A DNA stretch of 64,000 nucleotides from a virus. The position numbers were made by a program, and so were the translations under genes. The DNA is taken from positions 4,127 through 68,126 of the IMG/VR virus record IMGVR_UViG_3300025697_000021. One strand, 5' to 3'. The notes under the pieces were generated by a model that was not told where the DNA came from, did not search any database, and worked only from the letters and a program-made list of their open reading frames with translations. How positions within the stretch are numbered: position 1 is the first letter of the stretch; every line of letters starts with the position of its first letter. Shown piece by piece: positions 52,573 through 61,170 of this stretch.

Positions 52573-52829
52573 TAGCACTCCTCTTTTTCCCTAGTAAAAA
52601 TTGCTAGGCGTTCCTCATACACAGCAAGGTCTCCGCACACGCGAATCATCTGCCTAGAGAACTCCACCGAAGAGGCGCAGTCAGCCTCTAGAATAGCAAT
52701 ACACGCCTTAAGCTCCGCCTTCTTTCGAGCTATCATCTGCATTATATAGTCAATATCGCCTTGAATATCCTCTTGCAGATGTTTCCTATTCTCTTCCCTG
52801 CGCTGTTCCTTACTTTTAAACCAACTCAT
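52572..52829 (-). CDS. hypothetical helical protein
   Basis: Start MSWFK with SD GGAGG. Confidence 0.6.
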   Translation of the reverse strand: MSWFKSKEQRREENRKHLQEDIQGDIDYIMQMIARKKAELKACIAILEADCASSVEFSRQMIRVCGDLAVYEERLAIFTREKEEC

Positions 52830-53938
52830 CTTTTCCTCCACTTAATAGCCCGGCCTCGGCCAGAAGTTGTGTTGCCTTCGGCATCCCATAGATTAGGAGA
52901 TGCCCCCCATTTCATATACTCGTCCCAGGTAGGACTTTGCGTCAATCTTCGAGCGTCCAACCACTCCTCTTTAAAGAATTCAAAATTATCCGGAGTACAC
53001 TTAATTACAAAATATGAGTTTACGGCATAATGTCTCTTACCGCGCCGTTGAGTCCCATCCTCATAGTAGTAATGTCCATCCCCATCCAGCTTAACAACTC
53101 TTTTCAACTCATCCCTATCATCTGATGAAGGATGCCACCCTTTTGGGATATAGCCATCAGTCAGCTCACAGTCAAGTGACAAACCTAGGAAATTCCTAAT
53201 ATCCCGCCAAGGATCGTTAGACTTCTGCTTAAGCTCAGCTATGTCAGGATCTAGAGCATTCACATTAATAATAGTTCTATACAAAACAGGTTTTTTAGGG
53301 AACATTTCTTTAGCTTTCATGAATTTCTCTTCCAACCAAATCTCAGGATCTACGTCCTGAGATTTGAGTTGCCTAATCCTGTCAATAAGCCTGTGGTAGC
53401 CTTCAAAATGCATAGCACCCTTCGTATTATCATCATGACGAACAATGCTACTCTTCTTTAAGGCTGCTTTTCCAAAGTGCTCAACTTGAAGTTGGATAAA
53501 TTGAAGAAAAATGTCTGCTGCGTAGTCCAGCTCATCCTGGTCCTTAACATATTTCCGCAATTTAGTCATCCAGGAGCGTTCGCCTTTATTGTAAAGGAAT
53601 TTACCAACCCCGGCGTACCGTTCGTACGGTATGACTGGGAATACGAAAGCTGAATAGGCTTCTAGTGAGACATCCGCCTCGTCCAGATAGTCCATAAGTC
53701 CTAAAATTGAATTATGCTGAAATCTGAATGCTTCATATTGATTATCATGCCAAGGATCGATCAAGCCCGTATATCCTAGATAACTCCAAATCAACCTAGA
53801 CATCCCGACCAGGGGACCTTCAATTTCTCTAGCTCTAGCAACCCCACCTACTGGCTGGGGCTTTGCTTTCTTAACTTTCTTCACCTTCTTTGCTGGTTTT
53901 GATCCTGGCATAGGCATTGTCATTGTAATGGTCGCCAT
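52826..53938 (-). CDS. hypothetical protein in the replication block
   Basis: 370 aa; SD GAGG. Confidence 0.7.
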   Translation of the reverse strand: MATITMTMPMPGSKPAKKVKKVKKAKPQPVGGVARAREIEGPLVGMSRLIWSYLGYTGLIDPWHDNQYEAFRFQHNSILGLMDYLDEADVSLEAYSAFVFPVIPYERYAGVGKFLYNKGERSWMTKLRKYVKDQDELDYAADIFLQFIQLQVEHFGKAALKKSSIVRHDDNTKGAMHFEGYHRLIDRIRQLKSQDVDPEIWLEEKFMKAKEMFPKKPVLYRTIINVNALDPDIAELKQKSNDPWRDIRNFLGLSLDCELTDGYIPKGWHPSSDDRDELKRVVKLDGDGHYYYEDGTQRRGKRHYAVNSYFVIKCTPDNFEFFKEEWLDARRLTQSPTWDEYMKWGASPNLWDAEGNTTSGRGRAIKWRKR

Positions 53939-53942
53939 ATTA

Positions 53943-56828
53943 TTACCTCAAATATCGTAAAAGTTCAGCTTTACCGATTGATAGGAGTTTCTCGTTCTCT
54001 ACTGTCAGCGCATCCGCTATATCTCCCTTACCTTCCAATTTCATCCTAACTAGCTCATCCAGCGACCCTACTACGTCCAAGAATATCAGCGTAGCAGGTT
54101 GCGATCTCATTCTGTCCAACCAGGTAAGCTCACCTACAGTTTTAACACGCCTGTGAATCCTGTCAAGGGATTGTTTGTACTGAGTATAGGAATAGGGTCG
54201 GTCGATATAGATCGCAGTGCGAGCCCTTGCCAAAAAGTCGGTTCCCGTACCTGCTTTAGCTGGAATAGCTGCAGCAATTCGTATCTTGGGGTCATACTCG
54301 AAGGAGTTTGCAAGAGCATCATCGATCTCCACCCCACCACGTATCTTCACAACTCCGTACAGGGCATTCCAGCGGTCGTAGATGAAGTCGATAGCCCTTC
54401 GGTACTCAGACCAGATGATCACCTTCTGCTCGGGGTCTGACATCACCTCCTCGAGGATAGAATCCAATTCGAGGTACTTCGCGGACTCACAAGTCTCGTC
54501 AATGAACTGCGGGTGGTTTAGCAACTGTCTCAGTCGAACCGTTTTTGCACTATCTGCGAAGAACTTGGCCAGGTTGATCTTACTAGAACTGGAAAGATCT
54601 GCTATGATTTCATTGCAGACCGCTTTGTACAGCTTCTCTTGCTTTCCGGAAAGGATAACATCTCTAATAATGGTAGTCTTATCCGGGAATCCTACCATGT
54701 CCTCTTTTGTGCGCCGGATAGAGACTGCCTCTAGTCGGGATTTCAATTCTCCCAGATTTTTGTACCCCACAACCTTATCAAACGATATTTGACGGGACCG
54801 GCGACCCTTCTTCCCGTTTACGCCTTTTTTAGGCTTGAGTGTCATGGTCTTTTTCTCTTTATGTGTGAAATACGTCTCAAACCTTGAAATATTAGGAAGG
54901 TGCTCATTGCTGAGTACTTTCAAAGTTACATACGCATTCATTGGAGACTCTGAAACCGGAGTACCGGTCATCAGGATAGCTCGGGGCGGCTTCGCCTCCC
55001 GGTCCCGTAACTCTGCCAGGAGAGATAGCACGCACTTTGACCTTTTAGCATCATCGTTTTTATACATGTGCCACTCGTCTACTATTACCATGTCGAATTT
55101 CATGGTTTTCAGGAGCTTAGTAACATCTCCATAGATGGCCTGCTTGCCAGAAGCAATCAGGTTCTCTGGGTGTACTAGCATAAGATCCCAGTTACCCGTT
55201 TTATGTTTTTTCAAGAATTCAAGAGAAACTTTCCGTCCCGGAGGGATAGACACAGAGGTTAGGTGGGTGTGTTTTTCGATCTCGCGCCCGAACCCTAGCA
55301 TAACCGATTTAGGGCAGATTACTAACGTCCTCCGGACCTTAGGACCCAATGAAATTAATGATCCTAGCGCCTGAATAGTATTATGAGTTACGATGAAATC
55401 ATCTGTGATGTACAACTGGTCAGGCGCATCTACAGAAATACACTGAGCTTCCTTTTCTCCCACGCACTCCACCTTATCAAAGCCTCTCGTAGGAGGGTAC
55501 TTAGTTCTGGGTTTCCAGACATCAGCTTTCCTAGATAATTTAAAGGGCGTGTCATTTCCGGGAAATGATATGTGTAACCTGTACGCCAGTTGACCTTCTT
55601 TTTTCTTCCCCTTATACGTATACGTAGGTGTTTTAGTGCTAAGAGTAGCCTTTCCACCAAAAGACCACACTAAAAATTGAGCATCTAGGGCTAGCCGCTC
55701 CGATACAGATACATATTCAATATTACTACTTGGGGAACAATACCCGTCCGCGTCAAATAAGCCCCTCAACAGCTCTAGCCTAGACTCTTTAGATGCAAAT
55801 TTATAAATATCGGGAATAAACTTAGAGTTAGACTTCCGGCCCATTAAATCTAGGCCCCTAAGCATATCTAAAACTACATTAGCATAATGACCTTCAGTTT
55901 TAGAAATACCATAAGTTATAGTACCAACACGCCTCCTTATATACACTTCTTCCGGGAGTAGCCTCCCAATATTAGAAACTACTTCAGCATCCTCAGTCGT
56001 AAACGACACATTTTGATGTGATAAGCCTCCATCCCCTAGCAAGAACCCTAGTACATAAGGATGCAGCGGAAGCTCCCGCTCTTCGAACTCAATAGGCTTA
56101 ACTATGGGTATATAATGCTTGCGGTTCCCATTTTTATAAAAAAGATCATCTTTAAAATTCTGCAACTGACGTACCTTAGGCCTGCACCCTTGATACTTAG
56201 AGCTAGGGCTCTGGATATGCCATAGATGCTCTCCACAACATTCCGTAGAAGCTCCATCTGAGAAAGTAACTCTATACACAAGACGTTTACCTTGAGGAAA
56301 AACTCCAATAACCTTAGAAGTACCCCCTTGCGAGTTAATAATAGGGTCACCTACTTGCACGTCTCCCATTAACACCCACCCAGTGGGTGTTAATATCTTA
56401 GAGGATAGGGGCTGCGCTTTGCCCACCCCCATCGAATCAAACAAACCGGACCTTCTATTCTGTATGCAATAGGATATTCCTGTTAGTTGATCTACGTATG
56501 GAACAGTCTTCAGCTTGCCTTCTAGGGATTGCTCCACCAACTCATTGTGAATTCCCTTTTTTATATCGTTGTTCCTTTTGTCGGAAGCCTGATAGTCCTT
56601 TATTAAGGTCATAGCCGCCTTGGTCATCGTGCGCCCCTCGACCAAGCCCATTGAGTCCAACTTCTTTTTAAGAGCTAACAGATCCATATAACTTAATGTA
56701 TACACATCTGGCTCAGCCCCTTTCGCAGAAAGGAGCGATCTCAGAAGTAGATACACTCGAGCGTAGAACTCATGACTAATGTCCAATTTAGCAGCAAACT
56801 CAGTCCCTCTTGCGTCAATCTTGATCAT
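53943..56828 (-). CDS. SNF2-family helicase/translocase containing an intein
   Basis: DSMGVGK/T, LVICP, VDEWH, MTGTP, IRRTK, LRQLLNHP, QSLDRIHR. Confidence 0.9.
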   Translation of the reverse strand: MIKIDARGTEFAAKLDISHEFYARVYLLLRSLLSAKGAEPDVYTLSYMDLLALKKKLDSMGLVEGRTMTKAAMTLIKDYQASDKRNNDIKKGIHNELVEQSLEGKLKTVPYVDQLTGISYCIQNRRSGLFDSMGVGKAQPLSSKILTPTGWVLMGDVQVGDPIINSQGGTSKVIGVFPQGKRLVYRVTFSDGASTECCGEHLWHIQSPSSKYQGCRPKVRQLQNFKDDLFYKNGNRKHYIPIVKPIEFEERELPLHPYVLGFLLGDGGLSHQNVSFTTEDAEVVSNIGRLLPEEVYIRRRVGTITYGISKTEGHYANVVLDMLRGLDLMGRKSNSKFIPDIYKFASKESRLELLRGLFDADGYCSPSSNIEYVSVSERLALDAQFLVWSFGGKATLSTKTPTYTYKGKKKEGQLAYRLHISFPGNDTPFKLSRKADVWKPRTKYPPTRGFDKVECVGEKEAQCISVDAPDQLYITDDFIVTHNTIQALGSLISLGPKVRRTLVICPKSVMLGFGREIEKHTHLTSVSIPPGRKVSLEFLKKHKTGNWDLMLVHPENLIASGKQAIYGDVTKLLKTMKFDMVIVDEWHMYKNDDAKRSKCVLSLLAELRDREAKPPRAILMTGTPVSESPMNAYVTLKVLSNEHLPNISRFETYFTHKEKKTMTLKPKKGVNGKKGRRSRQISFDKVVGYKNLGELKSRLEAVSIRRTKEDMVGFPDKTTIIRDVILSGKQEKLYKAVCNEIIADLSSSSKINLAKFFADSAKTVRLRQLLNHPQFIDETCESAKYLELDSILEEVMSDPEQKVIIWSEYRRAIDFIYDRWNALYGVVKIRGGVEIDDALANSFEYDPKIRIAAAIPAKAGTGTDFLARARTAIYIDRPYSYTQYKQSLDRIHRRVKTVGELTWLDRMRSQPATLIFLDVVGSLDELVRMKLEGKGDIADALTVENEKLLSIGKAELLRYLR
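55380..56417 (-). mobile_element. class 3 intein (346 aa) with LAGLIDADG homing endonuclease
   Basis: Starts AQP, ends VTHN/T; W in EHLW, C in QCISV, T in VTHN (WCT triplet); LGFLLGDG and LRGLFDADG; inserted in the Walker A motif. Confidence 0.9.
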
Positions 56829-57399
56829 CTAAAGCCTTTTTATGTATATCTGAGAGCTTTGTAACATTGGTGACTCGTCCACAAGGCACAGGCTCTGCGC
56901 AATACCCCCTCCACCAGGAACAATTCCTCATCAACAAGTTCCCCAAGACCTTATCATACTCGTCCCCGTCATAAATTAGAGCACATTTCAATTTTTTCAC
57001 GAAATCTTGACAAACCCTATGAGACTTATAGCACAAGCGCTTTCGAGCAAGCGAAATAAGCGCTTGTGCATTCGCATCAAAGCACATATTGATTAGGTTC
57101 CCCTGCTTAGCCTCATCCTTATCAGTCACTAAAGAAATCCCGTGATCATCCCGTTGAGAATATACGTGAGGCTCAAATCCAACAGAATGCCGGACAAGAT
57201 GAACATGAGCATAATACGGAATATCCTCAATAAACACTCTATACTTAACAGCCCTATCAGAGCTGTGCTCTGATAGGAGCATTTCATACCACGTTGAAAT
57301 ATTAGGCATCTTAGTAGTATACATGTCTTTTCCCTGAGTAACCCGCATAACCGGCGTCATGTACTCAGGACCAACCAATCGTTCAAACGTTACTTTCAT
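56815..57399 (-). CDS. short ThyX-like (flavin-dependent thymidylate synthase-like) protein
   Basis: EHS, HLVRH...SQR, NAQALISLARKRLC. Confidence 0.65.
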   Translation of the reverse strand: MKVTFERLVGPEYMTPVMRVTQGKDMYTTKMPNISTWYEMLLSEHSSDRAVKYRVFIEDIPYYAHVHLVRHSVGFEPHVYSQRDDHGISLVTDKDEAKQGNLINMCFDANAQALISLARKRLCYKSHRVCQDFVKKLKCALIYDGDEYDKVLGNLLMRNCSWWRGYCAEPVPCGRVTNVTKLSDIHKKALDDQD

Positions 57400-57400
57400 T

Positions 57401-57838
57401 CTAAAAACCTGTATTGAGAAAATCCTCAATATCTGCCTTCCTTTTGTCCTCCTCTGAAACAGTTCCTATTTCTAATATCCTCCCCTTAATCAAAGGATAG
57501 TTTTTCATACCTACGTCTCTTAAGGAAACCTCCCGAACCGGGGCCTCTAAATCTGCATAATACAACGACTCAAACGTATTCTCGTGGTCCAGGCCAACTC
57601 CATTAAGAAAGGTCTTTACGGAAATCTTAATAACATCATCTTCCCCGGCCTCTGTACTACACATATACCAGATCATTCCTTTGAATTTACGATCTTTCAT
57701 AGAAGTTAAAAAAGTACCTTCCCCTCCAGTATTCCAACCAAGCTCTTCATCATTCAAATAGGCTTTCACCGACTGGGTCTTTTTGTTATTCTTAACTAGT
57801 CCTACTTGAATAATTACTTTAACGCTCATTGTTGTCAT
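57401..57838 (-). CDS. hypothetical protein
   Basis: SD AAGGA. Confidence 0.6.
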   Translation of the reverse strand: MTTMSVKVIIQVGLVKNNKKTQSVKAYLNDEELGWNTGGEGTFLTSMKDRKFKGMIWYMCSTEAGEDDVIKISVKTFLNGVGLDHENTFESLYYADLEAPVREVSLRDVGMKNYPLIKGRILEIGTVSEEDKRKADIEDFLNTGF

Positions 57839-58250
57839 AGTCCTTAATGTAATCCGTCAGTGTGCTCTGAACTAACCTAAGATGGTATACATTTGCAGAT
57901 ACGTTGTACCAATAGATCTGATAGGCTATCCGTTTTTGCATATCGTTAAATTGTGTATTTTCTTTTATGTACAGCTCAGGCGTTATGCGCTTCCGCATAA
58001 AGATGGGTGGGAGGAAATTGTCATGGTCCAGAAGCTGAGTCTCTACATACCATACAGATTTTTCCAGATCTTGACGACCCTTTTTATCCTTGTACCTAAA
58101 TGTGTACTTAATGATGTTTGCTAAGGTGAAAATCATTCTATTACCAGCAGCGAAAACAAAAGGTTGCATACTACCTACATAGTGCTGGTCTTCATTGCCA
58201 GGAGTTGCCCCCAAATAAGCATCGAATTTTCTATAGTCATAATCTTCCAA
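57819..58250 (-). CDS. DUF3310-family protein
   Basis: HY...QP...ANIIKYTFRYKDKKGRQDLEKSVWY. Confidence 0.75.
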   Translation of the reverse strand: MEDYDYRKFDAYLGATPGNEDQHYVGSMQPFVFAAGNRMIFTLANIIKYTFRYKDKKGRQDLEKSVWYVETQLLDHDNFLPPIFMRKRITPELYIKENTQFNDMQKRIAYQIYWYNVSANVYHLRLVQSTLTDYIKDYDNNER

Positions 58251-58264
58251 AATATGCTCGCTCC

Positions 58265-58519
58265 TTACTTACCCGCTACCATTTCCGTAAAATCCTGTTT
58301 ATAGTTATCACAGAATCCATTATAGGCCACGAGGCGACCCACAGTCCAGTGTTCATACTCATCCTTGTCTTCGTCCTCAGGACCTCTAGAAGACCAGGAT
58401 GGTACTTCTGAATTATCAGAGTTGCAGTAAAAAATGGGAGCAACTCCCATTACCCTGAGAACGTGCACGCATTTACAGTTCTGACACGATCTTACTATTT
58501 CATAACTTGGGTGAATCAT
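58265..58519 (-). CDS. small Cys-rich protein
   Basis: SCQNCK...YC...GFCDNY; ATGA coupling. Confidence 0.6.
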   Translation of the reverse strand: MIHPSYEIVRSCQNCKCVHVLRVMGVAPIFYCNSDNSEVPSWSSRGPEDEDKDEYEHWTVGRLVAYNGFCDNYKQDFTEMVAGK

Positions 58520-59997
58520 TTCTTCCGCCTATTATCCAAAAATTCCTTAATTTTGTCAACCCCAAAGTTCCAATCAGCAATCTTCCCCGGAGATCTGATA
58601 ATATCTATAGGATCGGGAAGGACTGCAACGAAACAACTATAGTCACCTATAGTTTGTTTCTCAATTTCACCTACATGCCTCAACACTCCATATTTGTATG
58701 GAGTCGTTGAGGCCATCGCTTCATTACCAAATGAGATAATAAGCTTCGGCTGTACCAGCCGAAGCTCCTCTTTCAAAAATCTAGAACACGCCTCAATTGA
58801 ACTGTACAAAAGTGGGCTATATCCTGAAGGACATTTGCAAACGTTAGTAAGCCAGCACGTATCCTTTTTAATCTCTATGTTTTCCAAAAGCTCATCTAAA
58901 TAAACCATCCGAGGCTCATCGAACGTAATATCTTTACCCAGTAGCATGATATTTGCATTACTCGGCCCGAGAGGTTGACTTCTTATCGAAGGGTGCTTCA
59001 TATTACAGCCTCGACATCTGTTTACGTCATCTGTAAGAAATCCTAAATCTGGATACTGGTATGATAAAGGCTTCACTACCTTCTCCGCGTCAACCCAGGC
59101 CTTAAACTGCTCTAGCTCTTCTGACAAATCCGACACAAACCTCTGATGACATCTAGCCCCAATAAGCTCAATCTCTAAAGGCGCTTTCAAAGAATCAGCC
59201 ACTACAGGCTTCTCCAGCTCCTCGTGAAAAACCTTTAACTCGACTTCATTCATGAAGTGGCCCATATCGCCCAACACCGGTAACTTAACCAATTGATAAG
59301 AATGCTCTAGATCATGGGATTTATCAATTATTTTAGCTGTGGTTTTCTTGGCCAGGAGCTTCTTGCTATTTGCTGGATCTAATAAAGAAGTAATATCCCC
59401 ATATTCCTCTATCAGTTTCAGAGCAGTTTTGTTCCCTATTCCCTTAACCCCTTTTATATTGTCGGAAGGGTCTCCTACGAGAGCCTTCCAATCCGGGATC
59501 AAGCTAGGAGTAATACCTAGCTCCTCTTGAACATCTACAGGCTGTACAAGGGTATTAGAGAGAGGATCAAAAATAGTAACTCTATCTGAAATAAGTTGCC
59601 AAAGATCCTTATCGCGAGAAGCGATAAGGACTTTATGAGTATGTGCGAAATATTCAGCAAACCAAGCTATCATGTCATCTGCTTCTACTCCAGGAACAGT
59701 TATATTCCGTACCCCAAAATATGAAAGGATTCTCTTGGCGTCTTCTTTCTGAATGCCCATCTCTTTAAGGTTGATCTTAGCTTTACGATCCTCTCTTGAA
59801 GCCTTGTACTCCGGGTACATGGTGGTCCTCCACCTAGATTTACCTTTGTCCCATAAAATAAGAACATTGCTGCAATCGAATTTGTTAAGAATATCGAAGA
59901 AATAAGTTAAAATCCCCTCCGTAACGTAATTCTCATCTCGAGAATAGACTGCTCGCCACATTAAGGGGTTTCCGTCTATAAGAATAATTCTTTTCAT
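58516..59997 (-). CDS. 5'-3' exonuclease (PolI N-terminal/FEN type) fused to a degenerate family 4 uracil-DNA-glycosylase domain
   Basis: LIDGN, YPEYKASR, EADD, DKDLWQL, LVGDPSDNIKGVKGIG; C-terminal CRGC...TNVCKC...EAC..FL.EEL.LVQPK.I..FG. Confidence 0.85.
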   Translation of the reverse strand: MKRIILIDGNPLMWRAVYSRDENYVTEGILTYFFDILNKFDCSNVLILWDKGKSRWRTTMYPEYKASREDRKAKINLKEMGIQKEDAKRILSYFGVRNITVPGVEADDMIAWFAEYFAHTHKVLIASRDKDLWQLISDRVTIFDPLSNTLVQPVDVQEELGITPSLIPDWKALVGDPSDNIKGVKGIGNKTALKLIEEYGDITSLLDPANSKKLLAKKTTAKIIDKSHDLEHSYQLVKLPVLGDMGHFMNEVELKVFHEELEKPVVADSLKAPLEIELIGARCHQRFVSDLSEELEQFKAWVDAEKVVKPLSYQYPDLGFLTDDVNRCRGCNMKHPSIRSQPLGPSNANIMLLGKDITFDEPRMVYLDELLENIEIKKDTCWLTNVCKCPSGYSPLLYSSIEACSRFLKEELRLVQPKLIISFGNEAMASTTPYKYGVLRHVGEIEKQTIGDYSCFVAVLPDPIDIIRSPGKIADWNFGVDKIKEFLDNRRKK

Positions 59998-60003
59998 AAT
60001 AAT

Positions 60004-60032
60004 ATATTACCTAAAATGGGTTACTAAGTCAA
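60004..60032 (-). promoter_or_regulatory. sigma70-type promoter, leaderless transcript
   Basis: TTGACT-N17-TAATAT-N6-ATG; no SD. Confidence 0.7.
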
Positions 60033-60065
60033 GGACTATTCAGACTCTGGCAGAGATCCAGTAAT
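60028..60065. repeat. 38-bp direct repeat, copy 1 (37/38 identical to 61133..61170)
   Basis: gtcaagg(a/c)ctattcagactctggcagagatccagtaat. Confidence 0.95.
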
Positions 60066-60070
60066 TTATA

Positions 60071-61072
60071 TCATAAAACTAATCCAGTAATTCTCTTAAA
60101 TTTCTCTTTAGCTTCTTCCGTTTGAAACTCCTGAATAGCTCTGAACTCAGCTAAAACCGACTCAGGACACTCTTTCCAAGCTTTTTGATATGTCTTGTTT
60201 TCTAGAGAAAACCAAGACATATCAATCCCGTTAAACATTTCAATTATAGATCTAGGTACTTCAATATCAAATAGAAAGTACTTAGTTTCTTCGCAAAAAT
60301 AGTTTCTATACCCATTTCCTGAGTTGTAGTGTCCTGAGTTGCGGTATCCTGAGTTGAAGTCCCCTGAGTTGAAGTCCCCTGAGTTGAAGTCCCCTGAGTT
60401 GGAGTGTCCTGAGTTGCGGTATCCTGAGTTGAAGTCCCCTGAGTTGGAGTACCCTGAGTTGGAGTACCCTGAGTTGAAGTTCCCTGAGTTGAAGCCCCCT
60501 GAGTTGGAGTACCCTGAGTTGGAGTACCCTGAGTTGAAGTCCCCTGAGTTGGAGTCCCCTGAGTTGGAGTACCCTGAGTTGGAGTACCCTGAGTTGCGGT
60601 CCCCTGAGTTGACGCCCCCTGAGTTGAAGTCCCCTGAGTTGAAGTCCCCTGAGTTGCTTTTATCATCTAACTCTAGCTCAACCCGCTCGCAAACCTTCAG
60701 TTTGCGAGCTACGCACTTCTCAGTATCATCAATAACTTCTCCATAAGCTATGATTTTGTGGAGTACCGTATTAGGACCAAATAAATCAGAACCAAAACAC
60801 GCATTGCGTGTTTTGTAGAAGTGGAAACCATTAGAGCAAAGCTCTAATGGTTTCTCATTGTCGATTGCGTAAGTCTTACCAACTTCAAATACAGTCAATT
60901 TAGAGCCTCCAACACCTCCGGTTTGGAGGCTCCCATCTTTGAGCAAAGTGAAAGCCTTGACAGCAACCGTTTTGTTGCTGTCAAGTTTAGCTTGAAGTCG
61001 TTTAGTACTATCTTTTACCGTAAATAAGATATTAAGCTTTTCTAGTTTTTGCATTAGTTCTTTTCGATTCAT
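60071..61072 (-). CDS. NSGxx pentapeptide-repeat protein with DUF7666-like N-terminal domain
   Basis: LCSNGFHF...A.GEV...K.VA.KL; 23 NSGxx units; SD GGAGG. Confidence 0.8.
   Translation of the reverse strand: MNRKELMQKLEKLNILFTVKDSTKRLQAKLDSNKTVAVKAFTLLKDGSLQTGGVGGSKLTVFEVGKTYAIDNEKPLELCSNGFHFYKTRNACFGSDLFGPNTVLHKIIAYGEVIDDTEKCVARKLKVCERVELELDDKSNSGDFNSGDFNSGGVNSGDRNSGYSNSGYSNSGDSNSGDFNSGYSNSGYSNSGGFNSGNFNSGYSNSGYSNSGDFNSGYRNSGHSNSGDFNSGDFNSGDFNSGYRNSGHYNSGNGYRNYFCEETKYFLFDIEVPRSIIEMFNGIDMSWFSLENKTYQKAWKECPESVLAEFRAIQEFQTEEAKEKFKRITGLVL
60317..60655. repeat. 23 x 15-bp coding tandem repeat
   Basis: Invariant AACTCAGG core on the minus strand with a variable 6-7 nt remainder. Confidence 0.95.
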
Positions 61073-61087
61073 TGTTCTCCTCCCTTG

Positions 61088-61127
61088 TTTGTTCTGCGTC
61101 CTATCTATAATAATAGGGCTTCTAGTT
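61088..61127. repeat. 40-bp dispersed repeat, copy 2 (identical to 485..524)
   Basis: Direct sequence comparison. Confidence 0.95.
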
Positions 61128-61137
61128 AGATTGTCAA
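61110..61137 (-). promoter_or_regulatory. sigma70-type promoter
   Basis: TTGACA-N16-TATTAT. Confidence 0.75.
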
Positions 61138-61170
61138 GGCCTATTCAGACTCTGGCAGAGATCCAGTAAT
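61133..61170. repeat. 38-bp direct repeat, copy 2
   Basis: Comprises the last 9 codons and stop of 61141..62382 plus TTGAC. Confidence 0.95.

Noticed and set aside
60317-60655. Regular short repeats resembling a CRISPR array or DGR template
   Set aside because: Period is 15 nt with only 6-7 variable nt, in frame within a protein; no unique spacers, cas genes or reverse transcriptase, and no adenine-specific TR/VR pair
60244-60746. Alternative-frame ORFs (STQGT repeats on minus, PELKS repeats on plus)
   Set aside because: Shadows of a stop-free 15-bp repeat; no SD or promoter; the NSG frame has flanking domains and an SD
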